A stretch of 34,825 bases of DNA from a virus (taxonomy: Duplodnaviria; Heunggongvirae; Uroviricota; Caudoviricetes). The DNA lies in the IMG/VR virus record IMGVR_UViG_2563366951_000001, positions 1 to 34,825 of that record. One strand, 5' to 3'. The notes under the pieces were generated by a model, which saw only the letters and a list, made by a program, of their open reading frames with translations, was not told the origin of the DNA and did no database searches. Of this stretch, positions 25,379-34,825 are shown one piece after another. The position numbers were made by a program, and so were the translations under genes. Position 1 is the stretch's first letter; each line of letters opens with the position of its first letter.

Positions 25379-26858
25379 CACCATTCCGTCGAATACGCTG
25401 GTTCCGCTGTTTTATGCGGAAATGGATAACCAGGCTGCGAATACTGCACAGGACAGCGGAGCATCGCTGCTGATTGGTCATGCCAATAACGGTGCAGAGA
25501 TTGTTGCCAACAGTCTGGTGCTGATGCCGTCGGCAGACTATGCACGCCAGATTTGTGGTGCGGGAAGTCAGCTGGCGCGTATGGTCGAGGCTTATCGCCA
25601 GACCGACCCGTTTGGTGAGCTGTATGTGATTGCCGTTCCGGAAGCCACAGGCGCGGCGGCAACGGTTACGCTGACGGTGACCGGGGAAGCAACCGAAAGC
25701 GGCACGGTGAATGTCTATGTGGGACGTACCCGCGTGCAGGCTCCGGTGACCAACGGCGATAACGTCACGACGATTGCCAGCAGTATCAAAGATGCCATCA
25801 ATGCCGTTCCGGCCCTGCCGTTTACGGCTTCATCTTCGGCAGGTGTGGTCACACTGACCGCGCGTCATAAGGGGCTTTGCGGGAATGAAATTCCTGTCAG
25901 CCTCAATTACTACGGCTTTGGTGGGGGCGAAGTGCTGCCAGCGGGCGTACAGATTGCCGTGGCGACGGGTACCGCCGGAACGGGTGCTCCGGTTCTCACC
26001 GGCGTGGTGGCTGCAATGGCGGATGAGCCGTTTGATTATATCGGCCTGCCGTTCAACGACACGGCCTCCGTTAACACGCTGGTGACCGAGATGAACGATA
26101 CCAGCGGTCGCTGGAGCTATGCGCGTCAGCTGTATGGTCATGTGTATACGGCAAAGATCGGCACGCTGTCAGAACTGGTGACCGCAGGTGACCAGTTTAA
26201 CCAGCAGCACATTACCCTGGCGGGGTACGAAAAAGAGACCCAGACGCCTGCCGACGAACTGGCGGCAAGCCGTACCGCCCGCGCAGCGGTGTTTATTCGC
26301 AACGATCCGGCACGTCCCACGCAGACCGGTGAGCTGGTGGGTATGCTGCCTGCGCCGAAGGGGAAACGGTTCACGATGACCGAACAACAGACCCTGCTGT
26401 CTCATGGCGTGGCAACGGCGTATGTCGAAAGCGGGGTACTGCGCATTCAGCGTGATGTCACCACGTACAGGAAAAACGCTTACGGGGTTGCGGATAACAG
26501 CTACCTCGACAGTGAGACACTGCATACCAGCGCGTATGTACTGCGCAAACTGAAATCCGTCATTACCAGTAAGTACGGGCGTCACAAGCTTGCCAGTGAC
26601 GGTACCCGCTTTGGTCCCGGTCAGGCGATTGTCACCCCGGCGGTGATCAAAGGGGAACTGCTGGCAACCTACCGTCAGCTTGAGCGTGCGGGGATCGTGG
26701 AAAACTACGAACTGTTTAAGCAGTACCTGGTTGTGGAGCGTGATGCCAGCGATCCGAACCGCCTGAACACGCTGTTCCCGCCTGACTATGTTAACCAGTT
26801 GCGTGTCTTTGCCGTGGTTAACCAGTTCCGTCTTCAGTATTCAGAGGAGTCTGCATAA
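25362..26858 (+). CDS. contractile tail sheath protein (Mu gpL-like)
   Basis: 498 aa, followed directly by a 118-aa tube protein with ATAATG coupling; order sheath-tube-chaperone-TMP. Confidence 0.85.
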   Translation: MTISFNTIPSNTLVPLFYAEMDNQAANTAQDSGASLLIGHANNGAEIVANSLVLMPSADYARQICGAGSQLARMVEAYRQTDPFGELYVIAVPEATGAAATVTLTVTGEATESGTVNVYVGRTRVQAPVTNGDNVTTIASSIKDAINAVPALPFTASSSAGVVTLTARHKGLCGNEIPVSLNYYGFGGGEVLPAGVQIAVATGTAGTGAPVLTGVVAAMADEPFDYIGLPFNDTASVNTLVTEMNDTSGRWSYARQLYGHVYTAKIGTLSELVTAGDQFNQQHITLAGYEKETQTPADELAASRTARAAVFIRNDPARPTQTGELVGMLPAPKGKRFTMTEQQTLLSHGVATAYVESGVLRIQRDVTTYRKNAYGVADNSYLDSETLHTSAYVLRKLKSVITSKYGRHKLASDGTRFGPGQAIVTPAVIKGELLATYRQLERAGIVENYELFKQYLVVERDASDPNRLNTLFPPDYVNQLRVFAVVNQFRLQYSEESA

Positions 26859-27214
26859 TGGCCCGTATCGGGGGAACCTGTTATTTCAAAATTGACGGTC
26901 AGCAGCTATCGCTGACCGGCGGCATTGAGGTGCCCATGAACAGGACGGTCAATGATGACATCATCGGCCTGGACGGTTCAGTGGACCGCAAGGAAACTCA
27001 CCGTGCGCCCTATGTCAAAGGGACCTTCAAGGTGCCGAAGAATTTTCCGGTGAGCAAAATCACCTCGTCTGATGAGATGACCATCACTGCCGAGCTGGCG
27101 AACGGTCAGGTCTATGTACTGTCGTCTGCCTGGCTGCACGGCGAAGCGAACCATAATGCCGAAGAAGGCACGGTTGATCTTGAGTTCCACGGTGAAGAAG
27201 GGGATTACCAGTAA
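26858..27214 (+). CDS. tail tube protein (Mu gpM-like)
   Basis: 118 aa between sheath and chaperone; size as Mu tube protein. Confidence 0.8.
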   Translation: MARIGGTCYFKIDGQQLSLTGGIEVPMNRTVNDDIIGLDGSVDRKETHRAPYVKGTFKVPKNFPVSKITSSDEMTITAELANGQVYVLSSAWLHGEANHNAEEGTVDLEFHGEEGDYQ

Positions 27215-27483
27215 TGAAAGAGCTTGAGTTAAAGAAACCGATTACTGCTCATGGCGAGACACTCTCCGTACTTGAGTTTGATGAGCCCACCGGGAAAGAT
27301 GTCCGCGAGCTGGGGTATCCCTACCAGATGAATCAGGATGAGTCAGTCAGACTTCTGGCGCATGTGGTATCGAAATACATTGTGCGGCTGGCGAAAGTGC
27401 CGCAAAACTCTGTCGACCAGATGTCTCCGGCAGACCTGAATGCTGCGGCGTGGCTTGTGGCTGGTTTTTTCCTCCAGGCCTGA
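27214..27483 (+). CDS. tail assembly chaperone (short form)
   Basis: 89-aa protein immediately upstream of tape measure; contains slippery TTTTTTC near its 3-prime end. Confidence 0.75.
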   Translation: MKELELKKPITAHGETLSVLEFDEPTGKDVRELGYPYQMNQDESVRLLAHVVSKYIVRLAKVPQNSVDQMSPADLNAAAWLVAGFFLQA

Positions 27484-27632
27484 CGGCTGAATACCTCACT
27501 GATCGCTTCTTTGACTGCGCCAGTTACTGGCGCATTAATCCCTTCGAATTGCTGAATATGCCGATCAGTGAAATTCCCTTGCTGGTCAGTCAGGCAAACA
27601 GGATAGAGCAGGAGAAACGCACACATGGCTGA
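27214..27632 (+). CDS. tail assembly chaperone, -1 frameshift-extended isoform (predicted)
   Basis: Slippery heptamer T_TTT_TTC at 27465-27471 in the 0 frame; -1 frame continues FFPPGLTAEYLTDRFFDCASYWRINPFELLNMPISEIPLLVSQANRIEQEKRTHG* to 27632, overlapping tape measure start. Confidence 0.55.
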
Positions 27633-29460
27633 ATTTGAGCTTAAGGCGTTGATCACCGGTGTCGACAGACTTTCTCCCGCGCTGTCGAAAATGCAAAAGA
27701 AAATCCGGGGATTTAAACGCCAGGCGGAAGAAGCGTCACAGGGTGGGCTGGCGCTTGGTGGCGGACTGGCAGCGGGTCTGACGCTTTCCCTGAAATCTTA
27801 TGCCGATCAGGAAAACGCCGCCACCGGGCTGAAAGTCGCCATGATGGATGCGAACGGCGAGGTTGGAAAGAGCTTTCAGGACATCAATAAACTGGCTATT
27901 GGCCTGGGTAACCAGCTACCCGGTACAACGGCTGATTTCCAGAACATGATGCAGATGCTGGTGCGTCAGGGGATCCCGGCAGAAAACATTCTTGGTGGTG
28001 TGGGTAAAGCGACAGCTTATCTTGCGGTACAACTGAAAAAAACACCGGAAGCGGCTGCTGAGTTTGCTGCAAAGATGCAGGATGCTACCGGAACGGCGTC
28101 AGAAGACATGATGGGGCTGTTCGACACTATCCAGAAGGCGTTTTATCTGGGCGTTGACGATACCAACATGTTGTCCTTCTTCACTAAAACCAGTTCTGTT
28201 CTGAAGATGGTGAGCAAGGACGGTCTTCAGGCTGCACAGAGCCTTGCCCCCATCAGCGTCATGATGGATCAGATGGGGATGAACGGGGAGTCGGCAGGTA
28301 ATGCCCTGCGAAAAGTTATCCAGTCCGGATTAAGTGTTAAGAAAATCAGGGACGTCAATAAAGTCATGGCCCGCCAGAAACTCGGGATACAGCTCGATTT
28401 TACTGACGGCAAAGGAAGTTTTGGCGGTCTTGATAACATGTTCAGGCAACTGGCAAAGTTGCGAAAACTGACCGACGTTAAGCGAACAGGCGTACTTAAG
28501 GCAATATTTGGTGATGATGCTGAAACCCTTCAGGTGGTCAATGCTCTGATCGATAAAGGAAAGGATGGTTACGATCAGATCCAGCAGAAGATGAATAAAC
28601 AGGCCAGCCTGAATAAACGTGTTCAGGCACAGCTTGGTACGCTGTCCAACCTGTGGGAGGCAATGACGGGGACCGCAACTAACGGTCTTGCAGCTATTGG
28701 CGGCGCATTTTCTGGTGACGCTAAAAATATCACGCAATGGCTGGGGGAGTTGGGGGAAAAATTCACGAAGTTTGCGGATGAAAATCCCCGGGTTATTCGC
28801 GGCGTCGTCGGGCTTGCTGCCGGTCTTGCGATTCTGAAGCTGGGATTGATGGGCGTGGGCAGTGCCATCAGTATTGTCAGCAGGATCATGTCGATGACGC
28901 CGATTGGCATGATTGCGACGGTGATAGCCCTGGCTGCGGGATTAATTATCACTAACTGGGATGTTGTCGGACCTTATTTTAAGAAACTCTGGGAAACCAT
29001 TGGTCCTTATTTTGAGACTGGCTGGGAACTTCTTAAGAAGGTTTTTGCCTGGTCGCCGCTGGGGATGGTGATCAATAACTGGGGACCGGTTGTTAAGTGG
29101 TTTCAGGATATGTGGGACAAGCTGAAGCCAATTATTGAGTGGTTTACCGACAGTTCCGGTGACACGGTCGATGCCATTAACTCTGCGCAGTGGGGCGCGG
29201 GTGCTTATGATGCTTATGGGACGGGAATACCGGCGCGGGGATACACACCTTATCCGGCGGTGGATCCGGCTCAGGCAAACAACGCCTCCGATGCCACAGG
29301 CTCGAATCCCTTCATGATTAACAAAGCTTCTGCGCCAAAAGTCGATGGTGAGATCAAGGTCTCTTTTGTGAATTCGCCTCCGGGTATGCGGGTTATGGAA
29401 ACGCGATCCAGCGGTTTTGATGTCAGCCATGATGTTGGCTATACGCGCTTTGGCAGGTAA
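27625..29460 (+). CDS. tail tape measure protein
   Basis: 611 aa, Ala/Gly/Leu-rich helical protein with C-terminal hydrophobic segment, after chaperone pair. Confidence 0.9.
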   Translation: MAEFELKALITGVDRLSPALSKMQKKIRGFKRQAEEASQGGLALGGGLAAGLTLSLKSYADQENAATGLKVAMMDANGEVGKSFQDINKLAIGLGNQLPGTTADFQNMMQMLVRQGIPAENILGGVGKATAYLAVQLKKTPEAAAEFAAKMQDATGTASEDMMGLFDTIQKAFYLGVDDTNMLSFFTKTSSVLKMVSKDGLQAAQSLAPISVMMDQMGMNGESAGNALRKVIQSGLSVKKIRDVNKVMARQKLGIQLDFTDGKGSFGGLDNMFRQLAKLRKLTDVKRTGVLKAIFGDDAETLQVVNALIDKGKDGYDQIQQKMNKQASLNKRVQAQLGTLSNLWEAMTGTATNGLAAIGGAFSGDAKNITQWLGELGEKFTKFADENPRVIRGVVGLAAGLAILKLGLMGVGSAISIVSRIMSMTPIGMIATVIALAAGLIITNWDVVGPYFKKLWETIGPYFETGWELLKKVFAWSPLGMVINNWGPVVKWFQDMWDKLKPIIEWFTDSSGDTVDAINSAQWGAGAYDAYGTGIPARGYTPYPAVDPAQANNASDATGSNPFMINKASAPKVDGEIKVSFVNSPPGMRVMETRSSGFDVSHDVGYTRFGR

Positions 29461-29483
29461 TGAAAAATTAATCTGTTAATGAG

Positions 29484-29506
29484 TCCCACTCCGGTGGGAT
29501 TTTTTA
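29484..29506 (+). terminator. possible intrinsic terminator/attenuator after tape measure gene
   Basis: TCCCAC-TCCG-GTGGGA hairpin followed by TTTTTT. Confidence 0.45.
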
Positions 29507-29520
29507 TGTACGGAGTTTAT

Positions 29521-30849
29521 ATGACGTGGAAAGACAGACTTCAGGACGCGTCATTTCGCGGTGTGCCGTTTAAGGTTGAAGAAGAAAGTGCGGGAACCGG
29601 TCGTCGTGTGGAAACGCACGAATACCCGAACCGCGACAAACCCTATACCGAAGACCTGGGGAAAATCACTTTCCGCCCGTCCATCACAGCTTATGTGGTG
29701 GGAGATGACTGCTTTGACCAGCGCGATCGCCTGATTGACGCGCTGAATAAACCCGGTCCCGGCACGCTTGTCCATCCGACATACGGTGAGCTGAAAGTCT
29801 GTGTTGACGGGGAAGTTCGGGTCAGCACATCGAAGAATGAAGGGCGTATTGTCCGCTTTGACCTGAAGTTTGTCGAAGCGGGAGAACTCTCTTACCCCAC
29901 ATCAGGTACGGCGACGGCGCAGACGCTGATGTCATCCTGTTCTGCACTGGATGACTGCATCCGTGACAGTTTCAGAGGTTTCAGTATCGATGGCGTGGCG
30001 GATTTTGTGCAGAACGACGTCGTCGGTAATGCCAGCACAATGCTGGGGTATGTTTCTGATGCGATGAAAGTGGTGGATTCTGCCGTATCGGATGCCGCCA
30101 GGCTGTTGCAGGGGGATATCTCGGTACTTCTGCCGCCGCCATCGTCAGGCAAAAATTTCGTTGAGCAGGTGCAGAAAATGTGGCGTACCGGGAAACGCCT
30201 TTATGGTAACGCCAGCGACCTGGTCACCATGATCAAAACGCTTTCCGGTGTCAGCCTTGGCAGCGATCTGCAACCGCGCGGCGTCTGGAAAACGGACAGT
30301 AAAACCACCGCCACGGCGACACAGCAGCGTAACGTGGTTGCCAGCATCCTTCGTACGACCGCAATCAGCGAAGTGGCGTATGCCGTCACCCGATTGCCTG
30401 CGCCAACAACTTCCGCGGTGATGCAGAATGCCGCAGTGGGGCAGGCAACAACACCCGCGCAGAGCACTGGCTGGCCTTCCGTCACGCATCCGGCACTGAA
30501 CAATGCACCGGCGGTGAAAAGCACGGTTGACCTGCCAACGTGGGAAGAACTGACTGACATTCGCGACACACTGAATACGGCAATTGATAAGGAGTTGTCC
30601 CGTACAACCAGTGATGCGCTGTTTCTGGCGCTGCGCCGGGTGAAAGCAGATCTGAATGCGGATATCAACACGCGCCTTGAACAGTCTGCACGGATCATTC
30701 AGCGCACGCCGGATGAGGTTTTACCCGCGCTGGTGCTGGCGGCGACCTGGTTTGATAACGCGGCGCGTGACGGGGACATTATCCGGCGTAATGCCATTAC
30801 GCATCCCGGCTTTGTGCCGGTGATCCCTCTGAAGGTGCCAGTGCAATGA
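29521..30849 (+). CDS. DNA circulation protein (Mu gpN-like)
   Basis: N-terminus MTWKDRLQDASFRGVPFKVEEE...ETHEYPNRDKPYTEDLG typical of Mu N family; GGAG SD before ATG 29521. Confidence 0.8.
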   Translation: MTWKDRLQDASFRGVPFKVEEESAGTGRRVETHEYPNRDKPYTEDLGKITFRPSITAYVVGDDCFDQRDRLIDALNKPGPGTLVHPTYGELKVCVDGEVRVSTSKNEGRIVRFDLKFVEAGELSYPTSGTATAQTLMSSCSALDDCIRDSFRGFSIDGVADFVQNDVVGNASTMLGYVSDAMKVVDSAVSDAARLLQGDISVLLPPPSSGKNFVEQVQKMWRTGKRLYGNASDLVTMIKTLSGVSLGSDLQPRGVWKTDSKTTATATQQRNVVASILRTTAISEVAYAVTRLPAPTTSAVMQNAAVGQATTPAQSTGWPSVTHPALNNAPAVKSTVDLPTWEELTDIRDTLNTAIDKELSRTTSDALFLALRRVKADLNADINTRLEQSARIIQRTPDEVLPALVLAATWFDNAARDGDIIRRNAITHPGFVPVIPLKVPVQ

Positions 30850-31925
30850 ACGATAACGTCACGCTACGGGTAAATGGCCGGGAGTGGAATGGCTGGACAT
30901 CGGTGCGCATCGGTGCCGGTGTTGAACGACTGGCGCGGGATTTCAGTGTGGAGATCACTCGCCAGTGGCCGGGAGATGAGGGTATCACCACGCTTCAGCC
31001 GCGCATTAAAAACGGTTCAAAAGTGGAAGTGCTGATTGGTGATGAGCTGGTGATCACCGGCTGGGTGGAGGCGACGCCCGTTCGTTACGATGCCCGTTCG
31101 GTCAGCACCGGTATTGCCGGACGTAGTCTGACCGCTGACCTGATTGACTGTGCAGCCGAACCGACACAGTTTAACGGACGCTCGCTGGTGCAGATTGCGC
31201 AGGCGCTTGCTGCGCCTTTCGGCATTGAGGTGGTGAACAGCGGTGCGCCGTCGGGTGTTATTCCTGATGTTCAGCCTGATCACGGTGAAACGGTGATTGA
31301 GGTAATCAACAAAATACTCGGTCAGCAGCAGGCGCTGGCTTACGACGACCCGCACGGCAGGCTGGTGATTGGCGGTATTGGCTCAACGCGGGCACATACC
31401 GCGCTGGTACTTGGGGAAAACATCCTTTCCTGTGATACGGAGAAGAGTATCCGGGAGCGGTTTTCTGTTTACCAGGTGGCGGGGCAGCGTGCCGGAAACG
31501 ACGATGATTTCGGTGAGGCCACCACCACCGCGCTGCGGGCCCGCACAGAGGACGCATTTATTGCCCGTTACCGTCCGATGTATATCAGGCAGACAGGGCA
31601 GGCCACGGGGGCAGGTTGTATTGCGCGTGCTGACTTTGAAGCCCGACAACGGGCGGCGCGGACGGATGAAACCACCTATGTGGTGCAGGGCTGGCGACAG
31701 GGTAACGGTACGCTGTGGCAGCCCAACCAGCGGGTGATTGTCTTCGATCCGGTCTGTGGTTTCGACAATACCGAACTGCTTGTCTCGGAAGTCACGTTTA
31801 CTCAGGACCAGAACGGCACCCTGACGGAAATCCGTGTCGGCCCACCTGATGCTTATCTGCCTGAACCCGAAGCCCCCGGCGCGCGGAAAAAGAAAAAAGC
31901 CAGAGTACAGGAGGACCCGTTCTGA
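30846..31925 (+). CDS. baseplate hub/tail protein (Mu gpP-like)
   Basis: Synteny and size (359 aa) after DNA circulation protein; ATGA coupling. Confidence 0.8.
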   Translation: MNDNVTLRVNGREWNGWTSVRIGAGVERLARDFSVEITRQWPGDEGITTLQPRIKNGSKVEVLIGDELVITGWVEATPVRYDARSVSTGIAGRSLTADLIDCAAEPTQFNGRSLVQIAQALAAPFGIEVVNSGAPSGVIPDVQPDHGETVIEVINKILGQQQALAYDDPHGRLVIGGIGSTRAHTALVLGENILSCDTEKSIRERFSVYQVAGQRAGNDDDFGEATTTALRARTEDAFIARYRPMYIRQTGQATGAGCIARADFEARQRAARTDETTYVVQGWRQGNGTLWQPNQRVIVFDPVCGFDNTELLVSEVTFTQDQNGTLTEIRVGPPDAYLPEPEAPGARKKKKARVQEDPF

Positions 31926-32473
31926 TGAGGACGATTGAAGCCATGCAGCGACAACTTCTCGGCCTGATTGGGCGGGCAGTGGTGAAAAGCATCAGTGCCG
32001 CCACGAAATGTCAGACCGTGGATGTGTCCCTGATTGCCGGTGAACCCAAAGCCGGGGTTGAACATCTTGAACCCTACGGTTTTACCGCAAGGGCAAACAG
32101 CGGTGCGGAAGCGGTGGTGTTGTTTCCGGATGGCGACCGTTCTCATGCGGTGGTTGTTACGGTGTCGGACCGGCGCTACCGCCTGAAAGGGCTGCAGACG
32201 GGTGAGGTGGCTGTCTATGACGATCAGGGGCAGTCTGTGACGCTGACCCGGGAGGGGATCGTGGTGGACGGTGCAGGTAAAACGATCACGTTTCGCAATG
32301 CGCCCAGAGCACGTTTTGAAATGGACCTGGAAGTGACCGGACAGGTGAAAGACCTGTGCGACTCCGGCGGTACCACCATGTCAGCGATGCGGCTTGCCTA
32401 TAACGGGCATCGTCACAGAGAGAACGGTCAGGGCAGTAACACCGACAAACCTGATAAAGCGATGGAGGCATGA
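31925..32473 (+). CDS. baseplate assembly protein V-like spike (Mu gp45-like)
   Basis: 182 aa; synteny in Mu-like baseplate block. Confidence 0.8.
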   Translation: MRTIEAMQRQLLGLIGRAVVKSISAATKCQTVDVSLIAGEPKAGVEHLEPYGFTARANSGAEAVVLFPDGDRSHAVVVTVSDRRYRLKGLQTGEVAVYDDQGQSVTLTREGIVVDGAGKTITFRNAPRARFEMDLEVTGQVKDLCDSGGTTMSAMRLAYNGHRHRENGQGSNTDKPDKAMEA

Positions 32474-32898
32474 TGGAACTGTGGCTGACGGTGAACGGTA
32501 AACGCACCTGCGCCAGCGCACCGCTGGATCCGCTGACCCGCGCCGTGGTGATTTCCCTGTTTACCTGGCGGCGGGCGGAGCCTGATGACAACGCCGATGT
32601 CCCGATGGGATGGTGGGGGGATACCTGGCCTGCGGTACAGAATGACCGTTACGGCTCCCGACTGTGGCTGCTTCAGCGCAGCAAACTGACCAATCAGCTG
32701 GTGCAGACGGTAAGGGGGTATATCCGCGAATGCCTGCAATGGATGATTGATGACGGCGTGGTGTCCCGTATTGATCTGGATATCCGCCGCACCGGGATTA
32801 ATGAACTGGGTAACAGTATCACTCTCTGGCGTCGTGACGGACCGGTAATGATTTCTTTTGATGATCTGTGGAGTGCGATAACGCATGGCGGACAGTGA
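32470..32898 (+). CDS. baseplate protein, GP46 family (gpW-like)
   Basis: 142 aa; synteny between V-like and J-like genes. Confidence 0.8.
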   Translation: MMELWLTVNGKRTCASAPLDPLTRAVVISLFTWRRAEPDDNADVPMGWWGDTWPAVQNDRYGSRLWLLQRSKLTNQLVQTVRGYIRECLQWMIDDGVVSRIDLDIRRTGINELGNSITLWRRDGPVMISFDDLWSAITHGGQ

Positions 32899-33943
32899 AT
32901 TTCAGCGCCCGACGCTGGCAGAAAATATCAGTATACTCCGTAACGATTTATTCGCCAGGCTGGACGTCAGCGACACGCTCCGGCGCATGGATGAAGACGT
33001 GCGGGCAAAGGTGTATGCGGCGGCGCTGCATACGGTTTACGGGTACATCGATTATCTGGCAATGAACATGCTGCCTGACCTGTGCGATGAGTCCTGGCTG
33101 GCGCGACATGCTGCGATGAAACGGTGTCCGCGCAAGGGGGCCACGACTGCCAGCGGGTATATGCGCTGGGAAGGCGTCAGCGATGGCCTGAAGGTGACTG
33201 CCGGGAGCGTGATTCAGCGCGATGACCTGGTTCAGTACACGGCAACTGCCGATGCAACCAGCTCCGGTGGTGTCCTACGTGTGCCGATCACTTGCTCAAC
33301 TACAGGCGCGGTCGGTAACGCTGACGACGGTACGGCATTAATCCTGGTCACGCCGGTGAATGGTCTGCCGTCTTCCGGTGTTGCAGATACCCTGACTGGC
33401 GGATTCGATACTGAAGATCTGGAAACGTGGCGCGCCCGCGTCATTGAGCGGTATTACTGGACGCCGCAGGGCGGGGCTGACGGGGACTATGTCGTCTGGG
33501 CTAAAGAAGTGCCCGGCATTACCCGCGCATGGACATACCGTCACTGGATGGGAACGGGAACTGTCGGTGTGATGATTGCCAGCAGTGACCTGATTAATCC
33601 CATTCCGGAAGAATCAACGGAAACGGCGGCAAGACAACATATCGAGCCACTGGCCCCGGTGGCAGGCTCTGATTTGTATGTGTTCAGGCCGGTGGCACAT
33701 ACGGTGGATTTTCATATCCGCGTGACGCCGGACACACCGGAAATACGGGCTGCCATCACCGCGGAGTTGCGTTCGTTCCTGCTGCGTGATGGTTATCCGC
33801 AGGGAGAACTGAAGGTGTCGCGTATCAGTGAAGCGATTTCCGGTGCGAACGGGGAATACAGCCATCAGTTGCTTGCCCCGGCGGACAATATCTCCATTGC
33901 GAAAAATGAGCTGGCGGTTCTGGGGACGATTTCATGGACGTGA
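32885..33943 (+). CDS. baseplate J-like protein (Mu gp47-like)
   Basis: 352 aa; synteny and size. Confidence 0.85.
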   Translation: MADSEFQRPTLAENISILRNDLFARLDVSDTLRRMDEDVRAKVYAAALHTVYGYIDYLAMNMLPDLCDESWLARHAAMKRCPRKGATTASGYMRWEGVSDGLKVTAGSVIQRDDLVQYTATADATSSGGVLRVPITCSTTGAVGNADDGTALILVTPVNGLPSSGVADTLTGGFDTEDLETWRARVIERYYWTPQGGADGDYVVWAKEVPGITRAWTYRHWMGTGTVGVMIASSDLINPIPEESTETAARQHIEPLAPVAGSDLYVFRPVAHTVDFHIRVTPDTPEIRAAITAELRSFLLRDGYPQGELKVSRISEAISGANGEYSHQLLAPADNISIAKNELAVLGTISWT

Positions 33944-34518
33944 CAAACGATGATTACATCCGCCTGTTATCGGCACTGTTGCCGCCCGGTCCGGCGTGGT
34001 CAGCCAGCGATCCGGCGATTGCCGGTGCGGCACCGTCATTAACCCGCGTTCATCAGCGTGCGGATGCCCTGATGCGGGAGCTGGATCCGCGCACCACCAC
34101 CGAACTGATAAACCGCTGGGAGCGTCTGTGCGGCCTGCCGGATGAATGTATTCCCGCAGGGACACAGACCCTTCGCCAGCGTCAGCAACGACTGGATGCG
34201 AAGGTTAACCTGGCGGGCGGCATCAATGAGGATTTTTACCTTGCACAGCTTGCTGCCCTGGGCAGACCAGACGCTACCATCACGCGATACGACAAAAGCA
34301 CGTTCACCTGCTCATCAGCCTGCACTGACGCTGTGAATGCGCCGGAATGGCGGTATTACTGGCAGGTCAACATGCCAGCCGCCACCAACACCACCTGGAT
34401 GACATGTGGCGATCCCTGTGATTCCGCACTGCGTATCTGGGGCGACACCGTTGTCGAGTGTGTGCTTAACAAACTCTGCCCGTCGCATACCTACGTAATT
34501 TTTAAATATCCGGAGTAA
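33934..34518 (+). CDS. tail protein, DUF2313/YmfQ-like (Mu gp48-like)
   Basis: 194 aa directly upstream of tail fibre gene; synteny. Confidence 0.8.
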   Translation: MDVTNDDYIRLLSALLPPGPAWSASDPAIAGAAPSLTRVHQRADALMRELDPRTTTELINRWERLCGLPDECIPAGTQTLRQRQQRLDAKVNLAGGINEDFYLAQLAALGRPDATITRYDKSTFTCSSACTDAVNAPEWRYYWQVNMPAATNTTWMTCGDPCDSALRIWGDTVVECVLNKLCPSHTYVIFKYPE

Positions 34519-34521
34519 TTC

Positions 34522-34825
34522 ATGCATCGTATAGACACGAAAACCGCGCAGAAGGATAAGTTCGGCGCGGGTAAGAACGGTTTTACCCGTGGTAACCCCC
34601 AGACCGGCACACCTGCCACCGATCTGGATGATGACTACTTTGACATGTTGCAGGAGGAGCTTTGCAGCGTTGTGGAGGCATCCGGTGCCAGCCTGGAGAA
34701 AGGGCGGCACGACCAGTTGCTTACCGCGCTTCGTGCGCTGCTATTAAGCCGCAAGAATCCGTTTGGCGATATCAAATCGGATGGCACGGTGAAAATGGCT
34801 CTCGAAAACCTTGGTTTGGGAGAAG
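34522..34825 (+). CDS. side tail fibre protein, N-terminal part (3-prime end beyond window)
   Basis: Not in ORF track (no stop in window); GGAG SD; reads [47 protein letters not shown]..., the conserved N-terminal anchor region of enterobacterial prophage tail fibres as remembered. Confidence 0.75.
   Translation, partial: MHRIDTKTAQKDKFGAGKNGFTRGNPQTGTPATDLDDDYFDMLQEELCSVVEASGASLEKGRHDQLLTALRALLLSRKNPFGDIKSDGTVKMALENLGLGE

Noticed and set aside
20104-31557. Multiple long antisense ORFs within portal, capsid, tail and tape-measure genes (e.g. 20104-20679, 22657-23283, 24585-25175, 28942-29430, 30201-30698, 31017-31355)
   Set aside because: All lie opposite strongly supported structural genes in a tightly coupled plus-strand operon; none has a credible SD or recognisable product.

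Overview
The window is dominated by one lambdoid-regulation prophage of Enterobacteriaceae type, entered from its integrase end and running off the right edge inside a tail-fibre gene. To its left lie the 3-prime end of IS1 (1-211) and an IS110-family element directly abutting int. Prophage order: int/xis (lambda-like) - about 450 bp of apparently non-coding structured DNA - small accessory ORFs including a ClpX-type zinc-ribbon protein - divergent cI-like repressor / cro-like immunity switch - YdaT/CII-like regulator - O-like replication initiator with in-gene iterons - PerC-like regulator, Dam-like MTase, LexA-DBD-only protein, RusA, KilA-N, DUF968 - antiterminator Q - an antisense AT-rich two-gene cassette - small ORF plus a second (beta-class) MTase - lysis cassette (holin, lambda-R-like endolysin, Rz/Rz1) - an AT-rich single-gene moron - HNH - terS/terL, portal, protease, major capsid (HK97-like) - connectors - Mu-like contractile tail (sheath, tube, chaperone with -1 frameshift, tape measure, DNA-circulation, baseplate P/V/gp46/J/gp48) - tail fibre N-terminus. 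No rRNA, tRNA or CRISPR array was found. The best candidate for an undescribed system is the antisense cassette at about 11.7-13.2 kb: a 308-aa soluble protein translationally coupled to a 182-aa four-helix membrane protein, RexA/RexB-like in architecture and sitting in the Q-lysis cargo hotspot. A second AT-rich moron (16255-17118) and the IS110-family element with its flanking non-coding DNA are the next most interesting. All calls are from by-eye translation and motif recognition; no database search or computation was run, and hand-derived coordinates may be off by 1-3 nt.
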